A stretch of 64,000 nt of DNA from Cellvibrionales bacterium (GCA_024639455.1 JAHEIH010000026.1:31279-95278); one strand, 5' to 3'; positions 1-10,698 are shown, numbered from the stretch's first letter. Made by a program: numbers and translations. The notes: generated from the sequence alone by a model not told the origin.

Positions 1-2
1 AT

Positions 3-470
3 GTCGCACTTATTGATTCCAATGGCGCTATCAGCGCCCACGCCAATATATTCGAAATATTCAACCGACTCGACAACAGCATCGCCGATGGCCAGGACGC
101 CGGTGCCGTCCTACGCACACGCCATCAAGGTAGCGTTGTCGGCTATCAACTGTCGACGCTGTGCCTTGGAAAACAGCAGATCATCTGTCCAGCCCTAACT
201 GGACACTTCGACACCAACGTGCGAATCCGCATTGCGGCCAGAGATGTGAGTATCTGCGTCGAAAAGCCCACCCAATCGAGCATTTTGAACGTTTTGCAGG
301 CAACCATCGACAGTATTGACCCACACAACGACAGCCACGTGATGGTGCGTCTTCACGTTGAAGAGCAATTTTTGCTGGCGCGTATTACCCACAAATCCTT
401 TGACGAACTTACGCTGCACGTTGGTCAAACCGTTTTCGCACAGGTTAAATCTGTCGCACTCATGGGCTAA
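3..470 (+). CDS. modC: Molybdate ABC transporter ATP-binding protein, C-terminal part (5' truncated by window)
   Basis: Frame is open from position 3 into ORF 219..470; the C-terminus RIAARDVSIC...QSSILNVL...LARITHKSFDELTLHVGQTVFAQVKSVAL is a typical ModC TOBE/mop end. Confidence 0.85.
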   Translation, partial: VALIDSNGAISAHANIFEIFNRLDNSIADGQDAGAVLRTRHQGSVVGYQLSTLCLGKQQIICPALTGHFDTNVRIRIAARDVSICVEKPTQSSILNVLQATIDSIDPHNDSHVMVRLHVEEQFLLARITHKSFDELTLHVGQTVFAQVKSVALMG

Positions 471-472
471 TC

Positions 473-1465
473 ATGTATCAACACCCCTATGCCAATCTCA
501 CCCCCGACAAAGTCCTTGATGCTATTGAGGCCGTTGGCTACCCATGCGATGGCCGTTTAACCGCGCTTAATTCTTACGAAAACCGGGTCTTCCAGATAGG
601 GGTCGAAGATCAAGTGCCCATTATCGCTAAGTTTTATCGCCCCGATCGCTGGTCGCACGATCAAATTGCCGAAGAACACGCCTTTAGCCTCGAACTGGCG
701 GCAGAAGAGTGGCCGATCGTTGCACCTCTTCTTTCGCCCAACGGAGCATCGACCCATCGATTTGAAGGCTTTACGTTCGCCCTTTTCCCTCGCTTTGGTG
801 GCCACGCCCCTGAACTGGATAACCTAGACACCACCGAATTGCTCGGTCGCTCCATTGGCCGTTTGCACGCTATTGGGGCAAAAAAGGCCTTTGTGCATCG
901 CCCCGCCGTCGGTATGGCGTCTTACGGTAGCGAGAGCCGCGAATTCTTATTGCGCGGCGACCACTTGCCCGCCAGCCTTCGCAACGCCTACGACACGCTG
1001 ACTCGAGACCTGCTTGAGCTCATCGAATCTCAGTGGCAGGACTGCCATTACACGCCCATTCGTCTGCATGCCGACTGCCACCCAGGCAACATTCTTTGGC
1101 GAGACGAGCGCGCCGTGTTTGTCGACTTTGATGACTGTCGAATGGGGCCGGCGGTACAGGATGTGTGGATGCTGCTAAACGGAGACAGGCAAGACCAAAC
1201 CGATCAACTGGAAGCCCTGCTAGAGGGCTATGAAATGTTCCATGACTTTGATGACAATGAACTGCGGCTTATCGAACCCTTACGCACGCTGCGCATGATG
1301 CACTATGCCGCATGGTTGGCTAAACGCTGGCAGGATCCCGCCTTTCCGATAGCTTTCCCATGGTTTAATAGTGAACGCTATTGGTCGGAACACGTCTTAG
1401 AGTTGCGTGAACAATTTGCGCACTTACAAGAACCCATATTATCTAGAAGCAGAGGCAACGCCTAA
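473..1465 (+). CDS. srkA: Ser/Thr protein kinase SrkA/RdoA (YihE, APH family)
   Basis: LNSYENRV, AKFYRPDRW, RLHADCHPGN, VDFDD, DPAFPIAFPWF motifs. Confidence 0.93.
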   Translation: MYQHPYANLTPDKVLDAIEAVGYPCDGRLTALNSYENRVFQIGVEDQVPIIAKFYRPDRWSHDQIAEEHAFSLELAAEEWPIVAPLLSPNGASTHRFEGFTFALFPRFGGHAPELDNLDTTELLGRSIGRLHAIGAKKAFVHRPAVGMASYGSESREFLLRGDHLPASLRNAYDTLTRDLLELIESQWQDCHYTPIRLHADCHPGNILWRDERAVFVDFDDCRMGPAVQDVWMLLNGDRQDQTDQLEALLEGYEMFHDFDDNELRLIEPLRTLRMMHYAAWLAKRWQDPAFPIAFPWFNSERYWSEHVLELREQFAHLQEPILSRSRGNA

Positions 1466-1543
1466 AAACCATTGCGGCTTCAACAGCTAGCTAATCCTTG
1501 TCACGCCGCTTACAATGAGCTTAAAAGAGATATCGGAGTTAGT

Positions 1544-2365
1544 ATGACCGCGACCGCATCGGCGTTTACCCAAGATAACGATCCCATCTGGCAACGCATC
1601 CGCCAAGAAACACAGCGCGACGTGAGTTGTGAGCCTATTTTGGCCAGCTTTTTACATGCCACTATTCTCAATCACAGCCGTTTAGAAAGCGCCCTCAGCT
1701 TTCACTTAGCGAATAAATTAGACAGTCCCACCGCACCTGCCATGTTGTTACGTGAAGTGATAGAAGAGGCCTTTGCCAATGACCCATCTATCGGTGCCGC
1801 CATTCGCGCCGACCTGAACGCGGTAATGGATAGAGACTCTGCTTGCGACAAACTGTCAACGCCCTTGCTGTACTTCAAAGGGTTTCACGCGCTGCAAGCT
1901 TACCGCGTTGCTCACTGGTTATGGCGCAACGGCCGGGATAGTTTGGCGCTGTTTTTTCAAAACCGCATCTCAATGGTGTTCGGCGTCGACGTCCATCCCG
2001 CCGCTAAAATTGGTGAAGGCATCATGTTTGACCACGCCACCGGCCTAGTAATCGGCGAAACCTGTGTGATTGGCAACAACGTCTCAATCATGCAATCAGT
2101 GACCCTGGGCGGTACGGGCAAAGACCACGGCGACCGCCACCCCAAAGTCGGCGATGGTGTGTTAATTAGCTGTGGTGCGAAAATTCTAGGCAATATAAAG
2201 ATTGGCGACGGTGCCAAAGTGGGTGCAGGCAGCGTGGTATTAAACGAAGTTCCACCCCATTCCACCGTAGCCGGCGTGCCAGCCAAAATCGTCGGTCGCC
2301 CGGTAACTGCCAGCCCCGCACTGGATATGAACCACCAGCTCAGCTGCGACGGCTGCGACGACTAG
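1544..2365 (+). CDS. cysE: Serine O-acetyltransferase
   Basis: YFKGFHALQAYR, DHATGLVIGET, TLGGTGK..GDRHPK hexapeptide repeats; ATG at 1544 after GGAG preferred over the TTG at 1472. Confidence 0.95.
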   Translation: MTATASAFTQDNDPIWQRIRQETQRDVSCEPILASFLHATILNHSRLESALSFHLANKLDSPTAPAMLLREVIEEAFANDPSIGAAIRADLNAVMDRDSACDKLSTPLLYFKGFHALQAYRVAHWLWRNGRDSLALFFQNRISMVFGVDVHPAAKIGEGIMFDHATGLVIGETCVIGNNVSIMQSVTLGGTGKDHGDRHPKVGDGVLISCGAKILGNIKIGDGAKVGAGSVVLNEVPPHSTVAGVPAKIVGRPVTASPALDMNHQLSCDGCDD

Positions 2366-2405
2366 CTGGTACTGGCGCCGCAAAGCGTTATAATTCGCGC
2401 TCACA

Positions 2406-3212
2406 ATGGGGGACACCGTGGATTTAGATCGCTTTGGCGGCATTGCCCGCTTGTACGGCACCGAGGGTTTACAACACCTTAACAACGCGCACTTTCTGGT
2501 CGTCGGTATCGGCGGGGTGGGTACGTGGGCGGCAGAAGCACTCGTTCGCAGCGGCGTGGGTACGCTTACGCTAGCCGATCTCGACGATATCTGCGTCACC
2601 AATATCAATCGCCAGACCCACGCCTTGCAATCAACCATAGGCCAATCGAAAACCGCCGCCATGGCGCAGCGCTTACGCGACATCAACCCGGCGATTACCG
2701 TGCACGAACTGGAAGACTTCATCGACCCGCAGAACGTTCGCCAGCACATTGACCAGCGCTACGACGTGATCTTGGACTGCGCCGATACCGCGCATTCTAA
2801 GACGGCAATTATTGCCACAGCGAAGTATCAGAAACAGTTAGTGATCACGGTAGGGTCTGCCGGCGGTAAGCGCGACCCGCGCTTGATTACCAGCAACGAT
2901 CTCAACAAGACCGTGAACGACCCATTGCTCGCCAAGGTTCGCAGTCAACTGCGCCGCTTTCACAACTATAGCAAAAACCCCAAGCGAAGTTTCCAGGTAG
3001 AAGCGGTCTACTCTACCGAACACATGGTGTACCCAAGTGATGACGGTGGCGTGTGCACCACCAAGAATTTCAGCGACGGCGACACCGCGTTAAACTGCAG
3101 CGGCGGATTTGGTTCATCGACCATGATTACTGGCTGCTTTGGTTTCCACGCCGCCAGCCGCGCCATCGACAAATACCTAGCTCGGGTCGAACGCCGCCAA
3201 GGCGCGTTGTAG
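2406..3212 (+). CDS. tcdA: tRNA cyclic threonylcarbamoyladenosine dehydratase (ThiF/E1-like)
   Basis: RFGGIARLYG, GIGGVGTWAAEAL, DDICVTNINRQ, DPLLAKVR, LNCSGGFGSS. Confidence 0.92.
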   Translation: MGDTVDLDRFGGIARLYGTEGLQHLNNAHFLVVGIGGVGTWAAEALVRSGVGTLTLADLDDICVTNINRQTHALQSTIGQSKTAAMAQRLRDINPAITVHELEDFIDPQNVRQHIDQRYDVILDCADTAHSKTAIIATAKYQKQLVITVGSAGGKRDPRLITSNDLNKTVNDPLLAKVRSQLRRFHNYSKNPKRSFQVEAVYSTEHMVYPSDDGGVCTTKNFSDGDTALNCSGGFGSSTMITGCFGFHAASRAIDKYLARVERRQGAL

Positions 3213-4796
3213 GATCGAATTAAAGCCGTTAACGCGACTATGGGTGAGGTGCTTTTGCAGCCCTAGCGCGTTGAGTTTGCTGTCGATAGTTACGGCGTCG
3301 ACGTCCTCAGCGCGGCGGCCGTCAAGCATACTCAACAAGATATACGATAAGCCGCGCATGAGCCGCGCTTCGCTGTCGATCTCGAAATAGACACGCCCCT
3401 CTTCTGTGCGGTGACGCATCCATACCTTGGCCTCGCACCCTGGCACGATGTATTCGTCGTGGCGCAGGGCTGGATTGGGCGAGATGCGATCCCCCATCGA
3501 CATAATTTGGCGGTAGCGCGATTGCCAGTTTTGTTCCTCTAAAAGCTGGGCGATCAAGGCATCGCCGTCTTGCTGCTCGCCCTCGGCCTGCCCTTCGAAG
3601 AGTTGCTGTAAGGCGGCCACGGTGCGATCGATGTCTTCGCGGGTATTGTAGGCAGCCACTGAAAAACGGATTAACGCCCGGTAGCCAATCGCGTCGGCTA
3701 GGGGTTGGGCGCACATCTGCCCGGCGCGCACAGCGATCTCGCTCTCGTCCAACCAGTTCACCACATCACTCACGCCAAAGCCGCACTCGTCTGTGGGCAC
3801 GTAGGCCAACACGCCGATATTCTGTTCGCGGCGGCTGATCAACGTCAATTGCGGCAAGCGATCAAACTGCTCGATAGCGTAGGCCGCCAGTTCAGCCTCG
3901 TAGGCGTGCATGGCAGGCAAGTCACATCCCGCGAGAAAGTTAAGCACCGCCGCAAAACCAGCGATACCCGCGAGGTTGTCGGTGCCGGCCTCAAAGCGAC
4001 CGGGTGCCTCGCGAAATGTAGCGCCAGCCACGGTGACTTCGCTGATCATTTCACCACCGCCCAGCAAAGGGCACCAACGATTTAACAGCGCGCGCTTCGC
4101 CCACAATACGCCAACGCCGGTAGGGCCATACAGTTTGTGAGCAGAAAACACCAGAAAGTCACACCCCAACTCGACCACATCGAGATGTGCGTGAGCGGCG
4201 TATTGGGCGCCGTCAAAACCCCACACCCACGGGCCGCCAGATAACAGACGTTTTACCTCGGCTACGTCGGTGATACACCCCAACACGTTGGAGGCCGCCG
4301 ATAAGCTGACCACCTTGGTGCGTTCATTTAACAATGTCGCTAAGACCGATAGGTCCAAGCCACCGTCGCGCAGGGGCACAAAGCGGATCACCAACCCTTT
4401 GTCTTCCGCCTGCATCATCCAAGGCACCAAATTAGCGTGGTGCTCAAGCAAGGACAATACAATCTCGTCCCCCGCTTGTAAGTCCTCACATACTGCCTTA
4501 GCCACGGTATTCATAGCCATTGTTGCACCCTGGGTAAACACGCACTCGTCGGGGCAGGCATTGATGAAATCCGCCACCTGCTGGCGACAGCGCTCTAACA
4601 AATCCGTCGCCCCACGAGCTAGACGGTGGCTGCCGCGGTGAGCATTGGCGTTGGCATTCAGATAAAAATCATTGGTGGCATCCAACAGGACTTGTGGACG
4701 CTGGGTAGTCGCGGCGTTATCGAGATATATCAGGCGACGATTGGCCGCTTGTTGGAAAGCGGGAAAATGTTGTTTAAACGCCTTGGGGTCAAACAC
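3177..4796 (-). CDS. Cysteine desulfurase (CsdA/SufS class) fused to a C-terminal SufE/CsdE sulfur-acceptor domain
   Basis: YLDNAATTQRP, EHHANLVPW, SAHKLYGPTG (PLP Lys), RAGQMCAQPL (catalytic Cys); then WQSRYRQIM, VPGCEAKVW, DSEARLMRGL, SRVNG = SufE family. Confidence 0.88.
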   Translation of the reverse strand: MFDPKAFKQHFPAFQQAANRRLIYLDNAATTQRPQVLLDATNDFYLNANANAHRGSHRLARGATDLLERCRQQVADFINACPDECVFTQGATMAMNTVAKAVCEDLQAGDEIVLSLLEHHANLVPWMMQAEDKGLVIRFVPLRDGGLDLSVLATLLNERTKVVSLSAASNVLGCITDVAEVKRLLSGGPWVWGFDGAQYAAHAHLDVVELGCDFLVFSAHKLYGPTGVGVLWAKRALLNRWCPLLGGGEMISEVTVAGATFREAPGRFEAGTDNLAGIAGFAAVLNFLAGCDLPAMHAYEAELAAYAIEQFDRLPQLTLISRREQNIGVLAYVPTDECGFGVSDVVNWLDESEIAVRAGQMCAQPLADAIGYRALIRFSVAAYNTREDIDRTVAALQQLFEGQAEGEQQDGDALIAQLLEEQNWQSRYRQIMSMGDRISPNPALRHDEYIVPGCEAKVWMRHRTEEGRVYFEIDSEARLMRGLSYILLSMLDGRRAEDVDAVTIDSKLNALGLQKHLTHSRVNGFNSILQRALAAFDPS

Positions 4797-4799
4797 GGG

Positions 4800-5582
4800 C
4801 TACCTCATCTTGGCAAATAACGTCTCTGTATTATCGCGACACACCGCCGCCACCTCCGCCGCCGAACAACCCCGCAAGGCGGCGACGGCCTGCGCCACAC
4901 GGGCGACATTGGCCGGTTCATTGCCCGCTTCCAACTGCCCAAGCTCATCATCCCATAAGGGCATGGCGGGCGCATCGGTCTCTAACAACAACGCTGACAA
5001 GGGCAGTTCGGTAAAGGCACGATGGGCGCGACTGGCGTGGGGTCGCGTGGCCATGCCGCCAACACCAATCTTAAAACCGAGCCGGTGATATTGTTCAGCG
5101 ATCTCTAAACTACCACCAAAGCCATGCACCACTCCCCCGGCAGTAGGCCGATGGGCTTTCAAAAGGGGTAACAGAATGTCGTGCGCCTTTACACAGTGCA
5201 AGATCAACGGCAGCCGGTGTTCTATGGCCGCCATAATATGGCAGGTGAGGACCTCAATTTGTAGCGCCATGGGGATGTCCCGCAGTGCATCTAGGCCGCA
5301 CTCGCCCACCGCAACGGCACCAGACAAGGCGTCGTTTAATGCGCGGGGAAGCTCGCTAACGGGAAATTGGTCGGCCCACCAGGGGTGCAAGCCAATGGCA
5401 TAGTGTGCGGTGATCCCAAATGGTTGACACTGTTTAGCTTGAGTAATCACCCGTGACCAAGACTCAGGGTGGACCGAGGGGATAATCAGTTGCTCAACAC
5501 CCGCTGCCAGCGCTCGCTGAAGTACCTCGCCGCGATCCGCCGCGAAGTCATCAAAGTCGATGTGGCAGTGGCTGTCGATCAC
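4800..5582 (-). CDS. TatD family deoxyribonuclease (YjjV-like)
   Basis: IDSHCH, GLHPW, VGECGLD, LHCVKAH, VHGFGGS, LETDAP. Confidence 0.9.
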   Translation of the reverse strand: MIDSHCHIDFDDFAADRGEVLQRALAAGVEQLIIPSVHPESWSRVITQAKQCQPFGITAHYAIGLHPWWADQFPVSELPRALNDALSGAVAVGECGLDALRDIPMALQIEVLTCHIMAAIEHRLPLILHCVKAHDILLPLLKAHRPTAGGVVHGFGGSLEIAEQYHRLGFKIGVGGMATRPHASRAHRAFTELPLSALLLETDAPAMPLWDDELGQLEAGNEPANVARVAQAVAALRGCSAAEVAAVCRDNTETLFAKMR

Positions 5583-6299
5583 TTAGGCAGAAACGGGGTG
5601 ATAGTTGGCCTTCCAGTCAGCGTAACTGGCCACCACAGCGTCCATTTCCGCGTCGTCGAAGTCGCGCAGACCACTCAGTAACATGTGTTTCTCGCCACTA
5701 CCAACCACGCTGTCGCCGTCGACAATATCAAACGCCAACATCACTTCGCCGCGTTTGCCATTGGTGGTAATGGTCGTGTTTTCGGTGTTGGTTTCTAACC
5801 GTGGGGCTACCAGCGCGACACGCTGTAAGCTAATTTGCATCGACGCGTACATCACCATCGGGCGCGCGGGATTGATCATGGCGTTAGCCTGCTTCATTAG
5901 CGGTACCAACACGTGGGGAAAGGCGGTACCTGAGTAGGCGACGTAGGCGCGGATCAATTGCTCTACCCCTGCATCGAAGGCCTGTCGCTCGCCATCGCCA
6001 GTGATTTCTACATAGGCTTTGCCAGCGGGGTCGGCGATCGCACCGGGTGCAGAAGTGGGGAAGTTGAGCGCGACGTCTTCGGTCACCATGGCGGTAAATT
6101 TCAACCCAAGGTTTTGGTACAGCCCCATGGACTGCAATAAAACCGCAAACAACAAATCGCCAGGCACCGCAAAGCGTTTGGCATCGACATCGTGCAAAGG
6201 GTTGAAATCGTTGGCGACTTCCTTGGCGAACTGGCTGCCATGGGCGCGACTAAACACAACATTGCCAGCGCTATCGCGGCCGTAAAATTGATCTAACAT
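5583..6299 (-). CDS. Conserved hypothetical protein (DUF3581-like, possible hotdog fold)
   Basis: FAKEVANDFNPLHDVDAKRFAVPGDLLF and MINPARPMVMY resemble the DUF3581 family; abuts the tatD-family gene. Confidence 0.7.
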   Translation of the reverse strand: MLDQFYGRDSAGNVVFSRAHGSQFAKEVANDFNPLHDVDAKRFAVPGDLLFAVLLQSMGLYQNLGLKFTAMVTEDVALNFPTSAPGAIADPAGKAYVEITGDGERQAFDAGVEQLIRAYVAYSGTAFPHVLVPLMKQANAMINPARPMVMYASMQISLQRVALVAPRLETNTENTTITTNGKRGEVMLAFDIVDGDSVVGSGEKHMLLSGLRDFDDAEMDAVVASYADWKANYHPVSA

Positions 6300-6473
6300 T
6301 ATCTTCCTCGAAACGTTTTACAGCGAGACTATCGCGGCCATAGTAAATACCGGCCATTCTAACACTCCTGTAACAATTTCTCGCTACTGTGCTACATCAA
6401 ACTAACGTCAAATGCCCGTAGGCAAGCGATCTGAAATACACTATTGTTTAACAAAACACGGATAACGGCGGTT

Positions 6474-8537
6474 ATGTCGAATAAGTATAGTTACTTTCCC
6501 AAGGAATTGAGTTGGCTGTCCTTCAACGAGCGGGTATTACAAGAAGCCGCTGATATCGAGGTGCCCATTATCGAGCGGGTGCGTTTCCTCGGTATCTACT
6601 CCAATAATATGGACGAGTTTTTCCGCGTCAGAGTGGCCGACGTTCACCGTCAAATCGACCTCGCCCAAGTTAGCGAAGATCGCAGTCAACAACACACTGC
6701 AGAAGACCTATTACACCGTATCAGTGACAAGGTAGCGGAGCTTAACCAGCGCTTCAATCAAATCAGTAACGACATCATTCTAGGGCTCGCTCGACGCAAT
6801 ATCTTCCTGATCAACGAAGAGCAAATCACGGAGCGCGAGAGCGACTGGCTACACAAGTATTTTCGTGACAAAGTACTGCGCCACATCACCCCTGTATTTA
6901 TTTCTCCCCGAGTAGAATTGCGCCGCGCCATCGACGATGAAGAAGCCTATCTTGTTGGCGCACTGCACAACGAGGCCAAAACGCGCTACGTGTTAATCGA
7001 GATTCCCGTAAACCAAACCTCGCGTTTCATCGCCTTGCCTCGCGCCAAGGGCAGCCGACGCAAGTCGGTGATCGTTCTCGACAACGCCATTCGCCATTGT
7101 GCCAAACAAGTCTTTGCCCCCGTTTGCGAATTCGATCGCGCTGAATTCTATTCGCTCAAGGTCACCCGGGATGCAGAGTACGACCTGGAGCGCGACATTG
7201 AACACTCCATGCTGGAGAGGATGTCCGAGGGACTCAAGCAGCGCTTGACCAATCAGCCGGTACGCATGGTTTACGACCGAGAGATGCCGGCAGATATGGT
7301 GGCCATGCTGCAACAAAAACTCGGCCTCGACGATGTGGAAACCATGGTACCCAGTGGTCGCTATCGCAATTTCAGAGATTTCATCGGCTTCCCAAACTTT
7401 GGCGCCAAGTATCTTGAAAACCCCAAACTCTCCGCGCTGCGCAGCAAGGCGTTTGACGTTTATGAGTCGCCTTTTGAAGCCATCAGTCAAGGCGACATCA
7501 TGCTTTACTACCCCTATCACCGTTTCAAATACCTCACTGACTTTATCCGCATCGCCGCGTACGATCCTGCTGTGAAAACGATTCGCATGGCTATCTACCG
7601 CGTCGCTAAAGACAGCAGCATTCTGAAGTCGTTGATGGACGCGGTGAAGAACGGTAAGAAGGTACAGGTCATTGTAGAATTGCGCGCACGCTTTGACGAA
7701 CAGGCCAACATAGGCTGGGCGAGGGAACTCACGGATGCGGGCGTCGACGTCGAATTTGGTGTACCGTCGCTAAAATGTCACGCAAAATTAGCGCTGATTC
7801 AACGCCTAGAAAACGACACATTGGTCAGCTACGGGCACATCGGCACTGGCAATTTCAACGAAAAAACAGCCAAAATCTATACCGACTTTGCCCTTTTCTC
7901 AAAAAATCCCGCTTTGACGCAAGAGATTGGCCAGGTCTTTGACTTCGTTGTCAGCCCTTTTAAGCGATTTACCTTTAAGCACCTGATCGTCAGCCCTAGC
8001 CACACTCGGCAACGCATCAACCAGCTGATCAATGCAGAAATCGCTGCATCTGAAGCCGGCCAAAAAGGGGAGATTTTCCTCAAGGTCAACAACCTGGTAG
8101 ACAAAGACATTTGCGATAACCTCTACCGCGCCAGCCGCGCCGGAGTCAAGATCCGCTTATTGGTACGCGGCATGTGCAACGTATTACCGGGTGTTAAGGG
8201 CATGAGCGACAACATTCTCGCCCGCAGTGTCGTCGACCGTTTTTTGGAGCATCCGAGGGTCATGGTCTTTCACGCTGGCGGCGAGAAAAAAGTCTTTATC
8301 AGCTCTGCTGACCTTATGACACGCAATATCGAATTTCGCGTGGAAGTGGGTACCCCAATATTGGATGACAACCTGAAAAAAATGGTTCTCGATACGCTGG
8401 AAATTCAATGGCGTGACACAACCAAGGCGCGCATTATCGACGCCGAACAAAAAAATAATTACGTGAGACGAGGCAACCGCCGTAAGATTCGCTCTCAAGA
8501 AGAAATTTATAACTATTTAAAACAACGAGAATCCTAA
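6474..8537 (+). CDS. ppk1: Polyphosphate kinase 1
   Basis: KELSWLSFNERVLQEA, SNNMDEFFRVRVA, ELRARFDEQAN, KCHAK, GTGNFN, DRFLEHPR. Confidence 0.96.
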   Translation: MSNKYSYFPKELSWLSFNERVLQEAADIEVPIIERVRFLGIYSNNMDEFFRVRVADVHRQIDLAQVSEDRSQQHTAEDLLHRISDKVAELNQRFNQISNDIILGLARRNIFLINEEQITERESDWLHKYFRDKVLRHITPVFISPRVELRRAIDDEEAYLVGALHNEAKTRYVLIEIPVNQTSRFIALPRAKGSRRKSVIVLDNAIRHCAKQVFAPVCEFDRAEFYSLKVTRDAEYDLERDIEHSMLERMSEGLKQRLTNQPVRMVYDREMPADMVAMLQQKLGLDDVETMVPSGRYRNFRDFIGFPNFGAKYLENPKLSALRSKAFDVYESPFEAISQGDIMLYYPYHRFKYLTDFIRIAAYDPAVKTIRMAIYRVAKDSSILKSLMDAVKNGKKVQVIVELRARFDEQANIGWARELTDAGVDVEFGVPSLKCHAKLALIQRLENDTLVSYGHIGTGNFNEKTAKIYTDFALFSKNPALTQEIGQVFDFVVSPFKRFTFKHLIVSPSHTRQRINQLINAEIAASEAGQKGEIFLKVNNLVDKDICDNLYRASRAGVKIRLLVRGMCNVLPGVKGMSDNILARSVVDRFLEHPRVMVFHAGGEKKVFISSADLMTRNIEFRVEVGTPILDDNLKKMVLDTLEIQWRDTTKARIIDAEQKNNYVRRGNRRKIRSQEEIYNYLKQRES

Positions 8538-8538
8538 T

Positions 8539-10047
8539 TTGTCCAACAGCGCCCCGGAACAACCACAGCACTTTGCAGCCATCGACCTTGGCTCTAATAG
8601 CTTTCACTTGGTGATCGTCCGCGCCCTCAAAGGCGATCTGCAAACCCTCTTTAAACACAAGGAGCGCGTGCGTTTAGCGAGCGGTCTTAACAAACAAAAC
8701 GTGTTGAGCCGCGAAGCCATCCAGCGAGGCGTTGATGTGTTACAACTATTTGCTGAGCAACTCCAACCGCTCGAAGACTGCCTAGTCATGGCGGTGGCAA
8801 CACACACCCTACGTGAAGCGGAAAACCGCGACGAATTTCTTGAAGCTGCGCAAGAGGTCTTTCCTTATCCCATCGACATCATCAGCGGGCAAGAGGAAGC
8901 GCGTTTAATCTACAATGGCGTGGCACACGACGAACAACTGGATGGCAACACCTTGGTCATTGATATCGGCGGCGGATCCACCGAGGTCGTTATCGGCAAC
9001 GGTACCCAGGCTCAAATCGCACGTTCCCACCAAATGGGTTGCGTCAGTTTTACCCACCGCTACTTTAAAAAAGGGGCTGACCCAGAGCACTACTACCGCG
9101 CTAAGTTAGCCGCTCGACAACGTTTTGAACGTTTTGAAGAGATGTTCCGCCGCGTTGGCTGGCAAAATGTCCGCATTACTTCGGGCACCGCACAAGCGAT
9201 TGTTAGCGCGGCTGCCGCGCTCGATAAAGACTTTAACGCCTTGACGTTGAAGCACATTCACCAAGTGCGAAATTTGCTCTTTAAAAATCCGCAGCACACT
9301 ATTTTTAAGGATCTCACTGAGGAAAGGGTGTCGGTATTAGCCGCCGGCCTCGCCATCATGGAAACGATTTACGACGCCCTAAGTATTCACAGCGGCGTAT
9401 TTTCAACAAGTGCACTGCGTGAGGGCATCCTTTACGAAGCATTAGAAACCGATGACGCACTCACCATTCGCGGCAATACCTGCGACAGTTTGATGCGACG
9501 CTACCACGTGGATATGGAACACGCCGAGCGCGTGGCGCACAGCGCCGCACAATTATGGCAAGCCGCCTGTACGGAGTGGAAGCTCCCCACCACGAGCCTT
9601 AAGTTTTTAACGTTTGCAGCAAAACTTCACGAGGTAGGTCTTAACATCAGCTCCAGTGGCATGCACAAGCACTCAGCATACATCGTTGAAAATTCCAACA
9701 TGCCGGGGTTCAGTTTTGAGCAGCAATTATTTGTCGCGAGTTTGATTAGACTGCACCGTAAGAAGCTTAACCCTGACGTGCTACCGGACATTAGGATGGT
9801 GTCGCGCAGTGTACTTAAACGGCTTGTTGTACTGTTGCGTATTGCGATCATTTGGCATTTAAATCGCCATCCGTCGCCACCGTCATTACCATTAATAGCC
9901 GTGGAAAAAAATACACTCACACTAACAGTTGCCCACAATTTTGGTGAGGACTACCCTTTACTTATGGCGGATTTGCAGCGCGAAGTCGCTTGGTGCCACG
10001 ACACCCCTAGTTGGCCAACACTGGTGATTGAAACATTAGACGCTTAG
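8539..10047 (+). CDS. ppx: Exopolyphosphatase (Ppx/GppA)
   Basis: AAIDLGSNSFH, ISGQEEARLIY, DIGGGSTE, LREG, LHEVG; directly follows ppk1 (TTG start). Confidence 0.92.
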   Translation: MSNSAPEQPQHFAAIDLGSNSFHLVIVRALKGDLQTLFKHKERVRLASGLNKQNVLSREAIQRGVDVLQLFAEQLQPLEDCLVMAVATHTLREAENRDEFLEAAQEVFPYPIDIISGQEEARLIYNGVAHDEQLDGNTLVIDIGGGSTEVVIGNGTQAQIARSHQMGCVSFTHRYFKKGADPEHYYRAKLAARQRFERFEEMFRRVGWQNVRITSGTAQAIVSAAAALDKDFNALTLKHIHQVRNLLFKNPQHTIFKDLTEERVSVLAAGLAIMETIYDALSIHSGVFSTSALREGILYEALETDDALTIRGNTCDSLMRRYHVDMEHAERVAHSAAQLWQAACTEWKLPTTSLKFLTFAAKLHEVGLNISSSGMHKHSAYIVENSNMPGFSFEQQLFVASLIRLHRKKLNPDVLPDIRMVSRSVLKRLVVLLRIAIIWHLNRHPSPPSLPLIAVEKNTLTLTVAHNFGEDYPLLMADLQREVAWCHDTPSWPTLVIETLDA

Positions 10048-10698
10048 TGCATCATGCTGACGGGCTGTTGTGTTGCCATTAACATTATGCACTGGCCTCA
10101 ATTGACGCAGCTGTTTCTGATCGACCGTCCAGAGAATCTTGGTTAAATAGCTGCGATAAGGGCGCGCACGGTCGGGATCAAAGCGCCACCCCAAGCCCTG
10201 CTGCAAACATAGTCGGTGCAACTTTTCAACGCCGTGATTGATCGAGAGGTCATGCTCCGGCCAAATATCTAGATGACCAAAGTATTTCAGCAACAGCCGG
10301 TCCGCCGTCCAATCACCTAAGCCCCACAACAGTTTCAACTCTTCCCGCACCACGGCGGCGGGCTCACTGCGCCAGGATTCAAAGCCGCGGGTGTCGGCGT
10401 CATAGTGCTTACCCATAAGATGGATGGTGCGCGCCTTGGAGCGACTCACCCCGCAGGTAAACAGGTCCTTTTCTGGCAGTCGCCAAATCTTACCCATACC
10501 GGCTTTTCGCCGCAGGCAATGAATGATCTTCGCCGCGTCGCTATCGCAAAGCATTTGGGTGGTAATTATTTCAGTGAGCGCCTCACCAACAGGCATGTGA
10601 ACCGGCTCAATGGTCTGCACATCCTGCAGCCGCGAAAAATGCCCCAGCATCGGACAAGCCAACAATACTTGATTCATCGCCGTATTAACGTTGTGCAT
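10036..10698 (-). CDS. AlkA-like DNA-3-methyladenine glycosylase (HhH-GPD superfamily)
   Basis: IITTQML, GVSRSKARTI, LWGLGDWTAD (HhH), IWPEHDLSI, ARPYRSY; GGAGAA RBS before the ATG at 10698. Confidence 0.75.
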   Translation of the reverse strand: MHNVNTAMNQVLLACPMLGHFSRLQDVQTIEPVHMPVGEALTEIITTQMLCDSDAAKIIHCLRRKAGMGKIWRLPEKDLFTCGVSRSKARTIHLMGKHYDADTRGFESWRSEPAAVVREELKLLWGLGDWTADRLLLKYFGHLDIWPEHDLSINHGVEKLHRLCLQQGLGWRFDPDRARPYRSYLTKILWTVDQKQLRQLRPVHNVNGNTTARQHDALSV

